A stretch of DNA of 64,000 bases from positions 34,460 through 98,459 of the forward strand of contig CAVOYR010000002.1 in the NCBI GenBank assembly GCA_963700735.1, in the 5' to 3' direction. The translations under genes were made by a program, and so were the position numbers. The first letter of the stretch is position 1, and the number at the start of each line of letters is the position of its first letter. The notes beneath the pieces were generated by a model. It was not told the DNA's origin. It saw nothing but the letters and a program-made list of their open reading frames with translations, and did not search any database. Positions 36,588-45,950 of the stretch are shown here, one piece after another. The stretch is from an uncultured Alphaproteobacteria bacterium (GTDB lineage: Bacteria > Pseudomonadota > Alphaproteobacteria > Rhizobiales > Aestuariivirgaceae).

Positions 36588-36938
36588 CTACCCCCGGAAC
36601 ACCAAGGCAGCGCCACCCGCAATCAGCACGAACCCCGCCGCCGTGTTCCAGCTGATCGCCTCCTTCAGGTACACCACCGAGAACACGCAGAACACGGCAA
36701 GCGTGATCACCTCCTGCATCGTCTTTAGCTGTGCCGCGCTGTAGACCTGGTGCCCGATGCGGTTGGCCGGCACTGCCAGGCAGTATTCCACGAAGGCAAT
36801 GCCCCAGCTCGCCACGATGACGATCAGCAGCGGCGTCGACTTGAACTTGAGGTGCCCATACCAGGCCAGCGTCATGAACACGTTGGAGGCAATCAGCAGC
36901 ACGATCGGCCACAGATGGGCCGGTGAAAGGATGGGCAT
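36588..36938 (-). CDS. DMT family small membrane protein (DUF486)
   Basis: SNVFMTLAWYGHLK, SWGIAFVEYCLAVPANRIG, QLKTMQEVITL. Confidence 0.9.
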   Translation of the reverse strand: MPILSPAHLWPIVLLIASNVFMTLAWYGHLKFKSTPLLIVIVASWGIAFVEYCLAVPANRIGHQVYSAAQLKTMQEVITLAVFCVFSVVYLKEAISWNTAAGFVLIAGGAALVFRG

Positions 36939-37008
36939 GGCAGGACTCCGGATTGAGGGGCAACGGCGAGCCATTTCGCCTTATGCCGCGCGCCCGTCAA
37001 CCGCCGTC

Positions 37009-37884
37009 TCACTCCCCCGTCAGCCATTCCACCCGCCACGCGGGCTCGCCCTGCCGCAGGCGTTCCGCCAGCGCCGGCAGCAGCACGGGCAACTCCTCCG
37101 CCAGCGGCCACGGCGGATTGACGATGATCAGCCCCGAGCCTGCCAGCCCGCCATTGATCGTCACCGGCCGCACCAGCAGTTCCACCAGCAGCGTGCGCGG
37201 CAGCTCCAGTTCAGCCGCCGCCCGCGCCAGCCGGTGCGACAGGCCATCGCCCGTCACCGGGTACCACAGCATGAAGCATCCGGTGGCAAACCGCTTGTGG
37301 CCTTGCTGCAGCATGGCCAGTGCCCGGTCCGCCTCGTCAGGCTTCTCGTAGGGCGGGTCGGCCAGCACGATGCCCCGGCGCTCTTCCGGCGGCAGGTTGG
37401 CCTTGACCACGATGCCCGCGTCCTCGCAGGTCACCCGCACCCGCCGCTCGCGCGCATACAGCCCGGCAATTGTCGCGTGGTCTTCCGGATGAAGTTCGTT
37501 GAACACCAGCCGGTCGTGCGGCCGGCTCAACAACACCGCCACCTCCGGCGAGCCCGGATACCAGCGCAACGCCGCCTCGTCACCGGCCGCCTTGTTCACC
37601 GCCTCGACTGCCTCGCGCCACGGCGCCAGCAGTGCCTCGGCAGCCGGATCATCCAGCGGCACCGGCGCGCCTGCCTCGTCGTACAGCCGCCCCACGCCGC
37701 CCAGCCACTCACCGGTCTTGCCGGCTTCCACCGCGGACAGGTCGTACAGCCCGACCCCGGCATGCGCATCGATCACGCAATAGGGCTTGTCCTTGCGGCC
37801 CATGTGCCCGAGCGCGCGGGCAAGGATTGCGTGTTTCAGCACATCGGCATGGTTGCCGGCATGGTAAGCGTGGCGATAGTTCAT
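37009..37884 (-). CDS. rlmJ: 23S rRNA m6A2030 methyltransferase
   Basis: MNYRHAYHAGNHADVLKH, YPGSP, DPPYE, NPPW. Confidence 0.95.
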   Translation of the reverse strand: MNYRHAYHAGNHADVLKHAILARALGHMGRKDKPYCVIDAHAGVGLYDLSAVEAGKTGEWLGGVGRLYDEAGAPVPLDDPAAEALLAPWREAVEAVNKAAGDEAALRWYPGSPEVAVLLSRPHDRLVFNELHPEDHATIAGLYARERRVRVTCEDAGIVVKANLPPEERRGIVLADPPYEKPDEADRALAMLQQGHKRFATGCFMLWYPVTGDGLSHRLARAAAELELPRTLLVELLVRPVTINGGLAGSGLIIVNPPWPLAEELPVLLPALAERLRQGEPAWRVEWLTGE

Positions 37885-38045
37885 CGGTACTCGCTGGGTT
37901 TCCCGGGCTGAGGGTTTGCACCATCGGCATGCGGCAAACAGTGCGCCATGCGGAACAGCACAAATCCGCCACAAATCCGCCGTTTGACAGACAAGCTCAT
38001 ACTGCTTATTGCACGGCAGAACGTCTGATTCATCTGGTGGAGACA

Positions 38046-38492
38046 ATGACAATGAAAATCAAGAGCATCCTCACTGCAAGCTGCATTCTCGCCGTCGCCG
38101 CAGGCTTTGCCGTGGCGGGCGTGGTCGAGGCTGAAGCTGCCGGCCGCAAGCCGCTGGAAGTGACCGTCCACAAGAACTTCAACAACGCGATTGATGCGCC
38201 TGCGGAAGACAAGGTCATCCCCGGTCCGGACCCGGTTGAAGGCGTGGCCGAAGGCGTCTACTTCACCGGCCTCGGCGTGGTCGAGGGTGGCCGCGAGGTC
38301 GTTGACGGCATCGGCGAGAGCGGCGGCAAGGTTGCCGACGACGCCGTGGCCTACGGCCCTCCCGGCCTGGTCTCCGGCACCGTCAAGGGCGCTGCCCGCA
38401 TTGGTGAAGGGGCCGTGCGCGGCGCCGGCACCATCGGCTACGGCGCAATCAAGGGCGCCGGCTGCATCGTCACCTTCGGCGCAACGTGCTAG
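38046..38492 (+). CDS. secreted Gly-rich hypothetical protein
   Basis: GGAGA RBS, signal peptide, glycine-zipper-like C-terminus. Confidence 0.65.
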   Translation: MTMKIKSILTASCILAVAAGFAVAGVVEAEAAGRKPLEVTVHKNFNNAIDAPAEDKVIPGPDPVEGVAEGVYFTGLGVVEGGREVVDGIGESGGKVADDAVAYGPPGLVSGTVKGAARIGEGAVRGAGTIGYGAIKGAGCIVTFGATC

Positions 38493-38493
38493 T

Positions 38494-38610
38494 TCAAATC
38501 GCACGTAGAGCCCAGACGCATGTCCGGGCGATGCGCAAGATTTGAACCACCAAGAACAATCGCACGTAGAGCCCGGACGCATGTCCGGGCGATGCGCAAG
38601 ATTTGAACCA
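38494..38610. repeat. two tandem copies (61-bp period) of the ATCGCACGTAGAGC..GCGATGCGCAAGAT element
   Basis: Units begin at 38497 and 38558; inner stem GCCCGGAC/GTCCGGGC, outer stem TTCAAATC/GATTTGAA. Confidence 0.85.
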
Positions 38611-38622
38611 TCAAAGAATGCC

Positions 38623-38653
38623 AAACGCCCCGGTCCCGCGCCGGGGCGTTTTG
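38623..38653 (+). terminator. Rho-independent terminator
   Basis: AAACGCCCCGG-TCCCGCG-CCGGGGCGTTTT. Confidence 0.7.
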
Positions 38654-38809
38654 CTTTGGCCATCCAGGAGGCGAAGAGGAGAGCGCCGCAGGCGGTCTCG
38701 AATGTCATCCCGGACAGCGCGGGCGTCAGCCCGTCGCGTGATCCGGGGTCCAGCGTAAGACTCGTGCGAAGCACACAAAATGCGCGGCTAGCGCACGCCG
38801 ACGAAGCAC

Positions 38810-39090
38810 TCAAATAAACTGAGCTATTTCTTGTATGGCCACATCAACCTTGTCGTTGACGTGGGGTTCGCCGTCGGGTGCACGGTCTTCTGCACTCCAA
38901 CTACCGATAGCAATCGAATACAGACTAATGATCTCATGTCGGGACATCTGCAATCTGAAGCGGCAAAAATGCCCGATGTTGCAAATCAGATCTTGCGCGG
39001 TCTCCTCACTCAACTCGCCAGACATCACCATGTCGCCAAACAGTTGCAGTGAATCTCTGCCCATTCTGCCCTGTCAAGATTTGTGACCAT
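38810..39090 (-). CDS. small hypothetical protein; probable 1-nt frameshift near 39058
   Basis: GGAGG RBS and MVTNLDRAEW.. join RDSLQLF..AQDLICNIGHF if one base is added; lower GC. Confidence 0.55.
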
Positions 39091-39189
39091 CGCAGCCTCC
39101 AGATTGTCGCTGCTATAGTGTTGCGGGACCAAAAATGCGGCAATACCATCACCGAAGTTGCCGGCAGGTTTATTGAGGCAGGGGTGGAG

Positions 39190-40092
39190 ATGGCAAAGGC
39201 AATACTGGTCCACAGGGTAGACACCCACTACGACGATGAGCCATCTCGCAAATACCAGTTTCCGAAGCAGTACTTGAAACGGCTTTTACCCAGCGAAGGC
39301 GATTGGGTGATCTACTATGAGCCTCGCGGCGGCGGTGGGCGGTTGGGCTACAACGCTGTTGCCAAGATCCAGCGGATCGACCGTGATCCCTCGCGCGAGG
39401 ACATGTATGCAGCGTGGATTGAGGAAGGCTCTTATCTCCAGTTTCAGAACTTCGTACCCTATCGGCACGCTGAAGGGTTCATGGAAACTTCACTGGACGC
39501 TGGTGATGGGAGACCAAATCAAGGCCTTGTTCGATCTGCGGTAAGGCCGATCTCCGATGCAGATTTCTTCAGGATCGTCGGTCAGGGGTTGTCAGACGAA
39601 CAGCCACTCATGCCACGCATCGATGACCTGAATCTGGCACCGGGCTTCAACGAAGCGCAGGCAGACTTTGTCTACGACTTTGAAAGGCCAACGATGGAAA
39701 GCTTGGTTACCAGGCAAGTACGCGACAGGGTCTTCCGGAATCTTGTTCTCAGTGCCTATGACAGCAGATGCGCAATGACTGGTTTGAAGCTGATCAACGG
39801 CGGCGGACGCGCCGAAGTTGAAGCTGCTCACATCAAGCCAGTCGAAGCCAAGGGATCGGACGATGTCCGAAACGGCATTGCACTGTCAGGAACCGTCCAC
39901 TGGATGTTCGACCGCGGCCTGATTGGTTTGGGGGACGATGCCAAGATCATCATCTCGCGACATGTAAATGATCCTGACCAAGTACGTGCGCTGATCCATA
40001 AATCAGGCTACGCATCATTTCCGGCTGATCTGTCTCTTTGCCCACACCCTGCCTTTCTGAAGTGGCATCGGGATAATCAACTCAAAGCCTGA
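39190..40092 (+). CDS. HNH endonuclease, predicted restriction endonuclease (COG3440-like)
   Basis: GGAG RBS; N-terminal YDD..YQFP..GDWVIYYEPR domain; C-terminal FRNLVLSAYDSRCAMTG..EAAHIKP..NGIALSGTVHWMFDRG. Confidence 0.88.
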   Translation: MAKAILVHRVDTHYDDEPSRKYQFPKQYLKRLLPSEGDWVIYYEPRGGGGRLGYNAVAKIQRIDRDPSREDMYAAWIEEGSYLQFQNFVPYRHAEGFMETSLDAGDGRPNQGLVRSAVRPISDADFFRIVGQGLSDEQPLMPRIDDLNLAPGFNEAQADFVYDFERPTMESLVTRQVRDRVFRNLVLSAYDSRCAMTGLKLINGGGRAEVEAAHIKPVEAKGSDDVRNGIALSGTVHWMFDRGLIGLGDDAKIIISRHVNDPDQVRALIHKSGYASFPADLSLCPHPAFLKWHRDNQLKA

Positions 40093-40257
40093 CCCCACCC
40101 CCCTCCCGCATCGAAATCCCGTCCCCGTTGTGCTACCATCCTCCCAGCGCTGGGTGCGACGCCCGGTCTGCCCCGCCCGCACGCGTCTCACGCCGGGCCC
40201 GCTCTCCCCGCCGCCCCGGCCTCGCTGAACCCGCGAAGCAACGAGAGGAGACTGACC

Positions 40258-40698
40258 ATGATCGTACGCTCCATCCTGGCCGCCAAGGACGCCACCGTGG
40301 CCATGGTGCCCTCGCACACCAGCGTCAGCCTGGCGGCGCAGCGCATGCGGCTGCACAGGTGCGGTGCGCTGCTGGTGTCGGACGACGGCGGGCGCACCAT
40401 TGCCGGCATCATATCCGAGCGCGACATCTGCCGCGCCCTGCCCGATCACGGCGCCGCGCTGGGTGACCTGCCGGTGGCGGACCTGATGAGCCGCCATGTC
40501 ATCTCCTGCCGCCCCGATGACCAGGCCAAGTCGGTGATGCGCACCATGACCGTCCGCCGCTTCCGCCACATGCCAGTGCTGGGCGACGGCGGCGAGCTGC
40601 TCGGCATCGTCTCCATCGGCGACGTGGTCAAGCACCACATCGACGAGATCGAGCTGGAGGCCAACATCCTGCGCGACGTCGCCACCGCGCACCACTGA
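40258..40698 (+). CDS. CBS domain protein
   Basis: GIISERD, RRFRHMPV..GIVSIGDVVK. Confidence 0.92.
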   Translation: MIVRSILAAKDATVAMVPSHTSVSLAAQRMRLHRCGALLVSDDGGRTIAGIISERDICRALPDHGAALGDLPVADLMSRHVISCRPDDQAKSVMRTMTVRRFRHMPVLGDGGELLGIVSIGDVVKHHIDEIELEANILRDVATAHH

Positions 40699-40793
40699 CG
40701 CCCCCGCCCGGCGCAACCCTGCTGACACCACGTTGTCAGCAGGCCGAGCTTTATATGCCCGCGCGCATCGCCTATATCAGGACGGTACGAGGC

Positions 40794-40851
40794 TTGTGCC
40801 CCGGCCGCCGTGCCGGGGTCCAGTCTGGATCACGGGTCAAGCCCGGGACAC
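40794..40851. repeat. REP-like element directly upstream of uvrB
   Basis: GTGCCCCGG..CCGGGGTCCAGTCTGGATCACGGGTCAAGCCCGGGACAC; homologous to 47715-47770. Confidence 0.7.
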
Positions 40852-43725
40852 ATGAAGGCACAGAGCGCGGAGCACTCCCTCTTGGGACACAACAAGCAGA
40901 CAGGCGGATTTCGCGAGGCTCCCCAGCAGAAGCTGGAGGGCTACGACCAGATTCCAACTGCCGATGAACTGGTCCGCCTGAAGGATGGCCAATCCGGATC
41001 GCACGTAGAGCGCAGCGATGCGCAAGATCCGGATCAAGGGAAGTCCGGATCGCACGTAGAGCGCAGCGATGCGCAAGATCCGGATCAAGGGAAGTCCGGA
41101 TCGCACGTAGAGCGCAGCGATGCGCAAGATACCAACCGAGCGCAGCGAGGCAAGCGCGACCGCGCGCCGGCCGGTCAGGCCGCCCCCGCGGAGCCGTTGG
41201 CGAAGCCAACTGGCGTGAGCGCAATTGAAAGTCCCGCCTTCGACCCCATCACCGGCCAGCCGCTGTCCGAGGCCCTGCGCGCCCGCCCCGACCCTGCCGC
41301 CGGCAAGAAGCTGCAGGAGGCCCGCGCCGCCGAGGCGATCGAGCAGCAAAAGCGCATCGAGGCCGGCGCCACCACCCGTCCCCGCGAGGGCCTTGAGCAC
41401 CTGCGCCCCGAGCTTGACGACCTGCCGCGCCCGGCGGTGTTCGTGCCGCACCGGCCCGAGCGCCCCGCCAAGGGCAACGAGGCCGGCATCCCGCTGAAGA
41501 TCGTCTCGGACTTCGAGCCGAAGGGCGACCAGCCCACCGCCATCGCCGAGCTGGTGCAGGGCATCCGCGACCATGAGCGCGACCAGGTGCTGCTCGGCGT
41601 CACCGGCTCCGGCAAGACCTTCACCATGGCGCACGTCATCGAGCAGACCCAGCGCCCCGCCCTGATCCTTGCGCCCAACAAGACGCTGGCCGCCCAGCTT
41701 TATGGCGAGTTCCGCGCCTTCTTCCCCGGCAACGCGGTGGAGTACTTCGTCTCCTACTACGACTACTACCAGCCCGAGGCCTACGTGCCGCGCACCGACA
41801 CCTACATCGAGAAGGAAAGCTCGATCAACGAGCAGATCGACCGGATGCGCCACTCCGCCACCCGGGCGCTGCTGGAGCGCGACGACGTCATCGTGGTGGC
41901 GTCGGTGTCGTGCATCTACGGCATCGGCGACGTGGAGACCTACTCCGCCATGACCTTCCAGCTCAAGGTCGGCGAGCGCATCGCCCAGCGCCAGCTGCTG
42001 GCAGACCTCGTCGCGCTGCAGTACAAGCGCAACGACCAGGCGTTCTCGCGCGGCGCCTTCCGGGTGCGCGGCGACACCGTCGAGGTGTTCCCGTCGCACC
42101 TTGACGACCGCGCCTGGCGGCTGTCGTTCTTCGGCGACGAGCTGGAGGAGATCGTCGAGTTCGACCCGCTCACCGGCCACAAGACCGCCGTGCTGGAAGC
42201 CGTCAAGATCTACGCCAACTCGCACTACGTCACGCCCAAGCCGACGCTCGACCAGGCCGTGCGCCGCATCAAGCACGACCTCGCCGAACGGCTGGAGCAG
42301 TTCCACGCCGCCGGCCGCGTGCTGGAGGCGCAGCGGCTGGAGCAGCGCACCCTGTTCGACATCGAGATGATGATGGCCACCGGCTCCTGCGCCGGCATCG
42401 AGAACTATTCGCGCTACCTCACCGGCCGCGCGCCAGGCGAGCCGCCGCCCACCCTGTTCGAGTACCTGCCCGACAACTGCCTCGTCTTCCTCGACGAGAG
42501 CCACGTCACCGTGCCGCAGATCGGCGGCATGTTCCGCGGCGACTTCAACCGCAAGGCGACGCTGGCCGAGTTCGGCTTCCGGCTGCCATCGGCCATCGAC
42601 AACCGACCCTTGCGCTTCGAGGAGTGGGAGGCGATGCGCCCGCAGACCGTGCACGTCTCCGCCACGCCCGGCAGCTGGGAGATGGAGCGCACCGGCGGCG
42701 TGTTCGCCGAGCAGGTCATCCGCCCCACCGGCCTGATCGACCCGCCGGTCGAGATCCGCCCCGTCGCCACCCAGGTAGACGACCTCGTCGCCGAGTGCCA
42801 CGAGGTGGCGCGCGCCGGCTACCGCTCGCTGGTCACCGTGCTCACCAAGCGCATGGCCGAGGACCTCACCGAGTACATGCACGAGCAGGGCATCCGCGTG
42901 CGCTACATGCACTCCGACATCGACACGCTGGAGCGCATCGAGATCATCCGCGACCTGCGGCTGGGCGCGTTCGACGTGCTTGTCGGCATCAACCTGCTGC
43001 GCGAGGGCCTCGATATCCCCGAGTGCGCGCTGGTGGCCATTCTCGACGCCGACAAGGAGGGCTTCCTGCGCTCCGAGACGTCGCTGATCCAGACCATCGG
43101 CCGCGCCGCGCGCAACGTCGACGGCCGCGTGCTGATGTACGCCGACCGCATCACCGGCTCGATGCAGCGCGCGCTGGACGAGACCAGCCGCCGCCGCGAC
43201 AAGCAGCTGGCCTACAATGCCGAGCACGGCATCACGCCGGCCAGCATCAAGAAGAACATCGCCGACATCCTGGACTCGGTCTACGAGGGCGACCACGTGC
43301 GCATCAAGACCGGCCACGGCACCGGCGTGGAGGCGGAGGAAGGCGCGTTCGTGGGCCACAACCTGCGCGCCGTGATCGAGGACATGGAGAAGAAGATGCG
43401 CGCCGCCGCGGCCGACCTGGAGTTCGAGACCGCCGCGCGCCTGCGCGACGAGATCCGCCGCCTGCGCGAAACCGAACTGGCGGTGATGGACGACCCGCTT
43501 TCCCGCGATATTTCCCTCCCCCAGCAAGGGGGAGGGACAGGGAGGGGGTCCTCCGCCAGCGCCAGCGGTGGGAGGGTGAGGGGTGAATCCTCAACCGCCA
43601 CATCTTCCAAGATCATCACCCCCGAATCCCTGTGGCCCAAGGGCAAACCGGTGGTGAAGGGCAAATCCACCGCCGGCCGTCCGGGCCAGCGCGGCGGCTT
43701 CAAGGCGAACAAGCGGGGGAAGTGA
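40852..43725 (+). CDS. uvrB: excinuclease ABC subunit B with a long low-complexity N-terminal extension (start uncertain)
   Basis: [31 protein letters not shown]-terminal UVR coil [14 protein letters not shown]. Confidence 0.96.
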   Translation: MKAQSAEHSLLGHNKQTGGFREAPQQKLEGYDQIPTADELVRLKDGQSGSHVERSDAQDPDQGKSGSHVERSDAQDPDQGKSGSHVERSDAQDTNRAQRGKRDRAPAGQAAPAEPLAKPTGVSAIESPAFDPITGQPLSEALRARPDPAAGKKLQEARAAEAIEQQKRIEAGATTRPREGLEHLRPELDDLPRPAVFVPHRPERPAKGNEAGIPLKIVSDFEPKGDQPTAIAELVQGIRDHERDQVLLGVTGSGKTFTMAHVIEQTQRPALILAPNKTLAAQLYGEFRAFFPGNAVEYFVSYYDYYQPEAYVPRTDTYIEKESSINEQIDRMRHSATRALLERDDVIVVASVSCIYGIGDVETYSAMTFQLKVGERIAQRQLLADLVALQYKRNDQAFSRGAFRVRGDTVEVFPSHLDDRAWRLSFFGDELEEIVEFDPLTGHKTAVLEAVKIYANSHYVTPKPTLDQAVRRIKHDLAERLEQFHAAGRVLEAQRLEQRTLFDIEMMMATGSCAGIENYSRYLTGRAPGEPPPTLFEYLPDNCLVFLDESHVTVPQIGGMFRGDFNRKATLAEFGFRLPSAIDNRPLRFEEWEAMRPQTVHVSATPGSWEMERTGGVFAEQVIRPTGLIDPPVEIRPVATQVDDLVAECHEVARAGYRSLVTVLTKRMAEDLTEYMHEQGIRVRYMHSDIDTLERIEIIRDLRLGAFDVLVGINLLREGLDIPECALVAILDADKEGFLRSETSLIQTIGRAARNVDGRVLMYADRITGSMQRALDETSRRRDKQLAYNAEHGITPASIKKNIADILDSVYEGDHVRIKTGHGTGVEAEEGAFVGHNLRAVIEDMEKKMRAAAADLEFETAARLRDEIRRLRETELAVMDDPLSRDISLPQQGGGTGRGSSASASGGRVRGESSTATSSKIITPESLWPKGKPVVKGKSTAGRPGQRGGFKANKRGK
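40993..41130 (+). repeat. 51-bp in-frame tandem repeat (about 2.7 copies) in the uvrB 5' region
   Basis: TCCGGATCGCACGTAGAGCGCAGCGATGCGCAAGAT at 40993, 41044 and 41095; encodes [17 protein letters not shown]. Confidence 0.9.
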
Positions 43726-43753
43726 CTCCGCCTGCCCTCTCCCCTGGCTCATT

Positions 43754-43940
43754 TGTCATCCTCGGGCTTGTCCAAGACAAGCGAAGCGCCGTCGAGGACG
43801 AAAGACAAGCGAAGCGCCGTCGAGGACGAAAGACAAGCGAAGCGCCGTCGAAGATCCAGTGCCCCGGACTTGTTCCGGGGCCCAGCAAAAAAACCGGCGA
43901 AGCCACAACTCCAGTCCCCCCGGCGCAGGCCGGGGTCCAA
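43754..43940. repeat. REP cluster containing a 28-bp tandem repeat x3
   Basis: TGTCATCCTCGGGCTTGTCC, then AAGACAAGCGAAGCGCCGTCGA(GGACGA) at 43774, 43802 and 43830, then further CCCCGG/CCGGGG palindromes. Confidence 0.85.
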
Positions 43941-44016
43941 AAACCACGCCCACACACTTGACCAGTGCATCCAGTCAAACCACGCTGCATCCCAAAGACC
44001 CAGCGGAGTTCGCACC

Positions 44017-44340
44017 ATGCCCAAATCGATCCACTTCATTTGCAGACAACGTACCGGCCTCGACTGCATAGGCGGTACCACATACACAAGTGGCCTTTGG
44101 GGAATTGGAACTCAGGCGGCAGAGCAACTTGTCGGTGGTATGGTCTATTTCCATGAGAGCAAGAGCCAACCATCATACTTCGGGGGACGGGTTACTTCAT
44201 GGCGGAGCGCAGATGCCAACGACCATCCCAATCATGTTGGAGATATAGTACTTACATTGGAAGCAAGCCTGGACGCCAGAAACGTCAAGTGGTCAGGCCG
44301 CGACCACGACATGGCCTGGTCCAGTGGTTTGGTGGACTAG
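44017..44340 (+). CDS. 107-aa hypothetical protein (lower GC)
   Basis: GGAG RBS; SGLWGI..GGMVYFHESKSQPSYFGGRV; beta-rich by eye. Confidence 0.7.
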   Translation: MPKSIHFICRQRTGLDCIGGTTYTSGLWGIGTQAAEQLVGGMVYFHESKSQPSYFGGRVTSWRSADANDHPNHVGDIVLTLEASLDARNVKWSGRDHDMAWSSGLVD

Positions 44341-44451
44341 ATCAGTGCGGTGTCTTCACGCAGAAGAGAAACAGGCGTAATTCGCATAATTGTATTCCTC
44401 ACGACCCAACCTGTTAAAATTACGTTACTCAAGATATCTCGAACCCCACAT

Positions 44452-45942
44452 TTACCTAGAAGTATTTCCTTCTGACCCAGTAGTTAATTCAAATTCTGCC
44501 GTCGAGGATGCATCTTCGCGATTGTCTCCTGCTTTACGTTCGACCGTATTATCTACGGCGTCAGGCAGAGCAAAAACTTCTTGCAAAGTATGGGCTAGCG
44601 AATGCACACGACTTCTCCGCTTTGGCCGACCAATAAACTCCACTCCAAATGTCTTTCGAATGGCATCTTGAAAAATGGGGTCATCTCGTACAGCGTAAAA
44701 TACTGGCCACGAACGATAGTCTTCCAAGGACATGCCACCTTTAGTACCTATCTCACTGATTTTACTGGCAACAATCTCCACGTGACCTCTAACAGCAGCT
44801 ACGGAAATTTGAAAATGCAAGTTCGCGGCGGACCAATCCTCGCAACTCAAAGTCTCTTCAGACTTTTGCACCGCACCTTCCAAGCGGTATGCTGAAGCTA
44901 GATTAACCACCATCATTCGCCTTGCTCGTTCCGTCGCATGATCCTTAAGTGAGATTGCAAAGCTCAAAATGTCGATGGCGTGCTTATAACGCCCCTCTTC
45001 CAAAGACTTGTAGGAGTGCCCATTTAAGACAGTATCTGCAGCCTCCAACTCTTGAGGATTGGATTTGCACAGTTTACGCCAGACGATTTGATTTAAAAAG
45101 ACAAAAAATTCATCTACTTTTCTTATTGATTTTATTAAATATTTTGGACCAACATCAAGAATATCACCAATCTTGGCCGAAACATTGGATACAGAGTTTA
45201 TATATTGATCATTTACTATTGAAGAATTATGAGCAATTAAGTTTCTTCGTTCAACTATTTCAATTACTTCATCAAAAATACCAATCTTTTCAACAATTTT
45301 TTGATCGTTTACAGATTTCTGGAGCCATTTTATTTGCTCCTTTAAAGATTTTCTTCCAACATTATCTATTTCTTCATCGATCAAATGAGATCGAAGTTTA
45401 TCCATAGACCCTGATGACAAGACTTCTGATACGCGAATTTGTCTATCAGACCCAAATACTGCTTCAGGGTGCTTCTCAACAACGAGCCGGTACAGTCTGG
45501 TCAACGCCAAGTCCATGGTAGCCACCAACCCTAGCAGCATTAATCTCGGCAACTTCTTATGAGCATCAGTAAATGAAATACATATATCAACCAAATTAGA
45601 AAGATCCCTAGCTTCATCTTGACCTAGCTCAAATACTTTTTTTCTATCGTTTTCACTTACTACCCGCCCCTTTTTTTCGAGAAAACTTGGGACAGCACTT
45701 GCCAACTCGGGAATAAACTGTGGCGCGACCGATAGCATAAATGGAATATAATCAAAGTATGGTTCCATTTCCTGGCAGAATTTATAGTGAAGTTTCAAGA
45801 AATCGGAATCTTCGTCTTTATTTTCATCTTCAACCCCTGTCGAATCCTGCTGGATCTCATCTGCAAAATTGTTACTCGGAGACAACGCATGTGCTTGCAA
45901 TTTGCCGCTTTCGTCAAAATATAGACACGCGTAGTGTGCCAT
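44452..45942 (-). CDS. HEPN-like (RxxxxH) protein with helical/TPR-like C-terminus, putative antiphage effector
   Basis: Strongly AT-rich ORF; EIVERRNLIAHN motif; C-terminal YKSLEEGRYKHA..VNLASAYRL TPR-like helices. Confidence 0.7.
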   Translation of the reverse strand: MAHYACLYFDESGKLQAHALSPSNNFADEIQQDSTGVEDENKDEDSDFLKLHYKFCQEMEPYFDYIPFMLSVAPQFIPELASAVPSFLEKKGRVVSENDRKKVFELGQDEARDLSNLVDICISFTDAHKKLPRLMLLGLVATMDLALTRLYRLVVEKHPEAVFGSDRQIRVSEVLSSGSMDKLRSHLIDEEIDNVGRKSLKEQIKWLQKSVNDQKIVEKIGIFDEVIEIVERRNLIAHNSSIVNDQYINSVSNVSAKIGDILDVGPKYLIKSIRKVDEFFVFLNQIVWRKLCKSNPQELEAADTVLNGHSYKSLEEGRYKHAIDILSFAISLKDHATERARRMMVVNLASAYRLEGAVQKSEETLSCEDWSAANLHFQISVAAVRGHVEIVASKISEIGTKGGMSLEDYRSWPVFYAVRDDPIFQDAIRKTFGVEFIGRPKRRSRVHSLAHTLQEVFALPDAVDNTVERKAGDNREDASSTAEFELTTGSEGNTSR

Positions 45943-45950
45943 GCACAGCT

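Noticed and set aside
40837-43527. Long antisense ORFs (896 aa opposite uvrB; also 50675-52816, 56960-58717 and others)
   Set aside because: Shadow ORFs caused by high GC3 codon bias opposite well-supported genes.
43774-43857. Mini CRISPR array
   Set aside because: Units are contiguous tandem repeats with no unique spacers, and there are no cas genes. The same applies to the repeats at 38497, 40993 and 47833.
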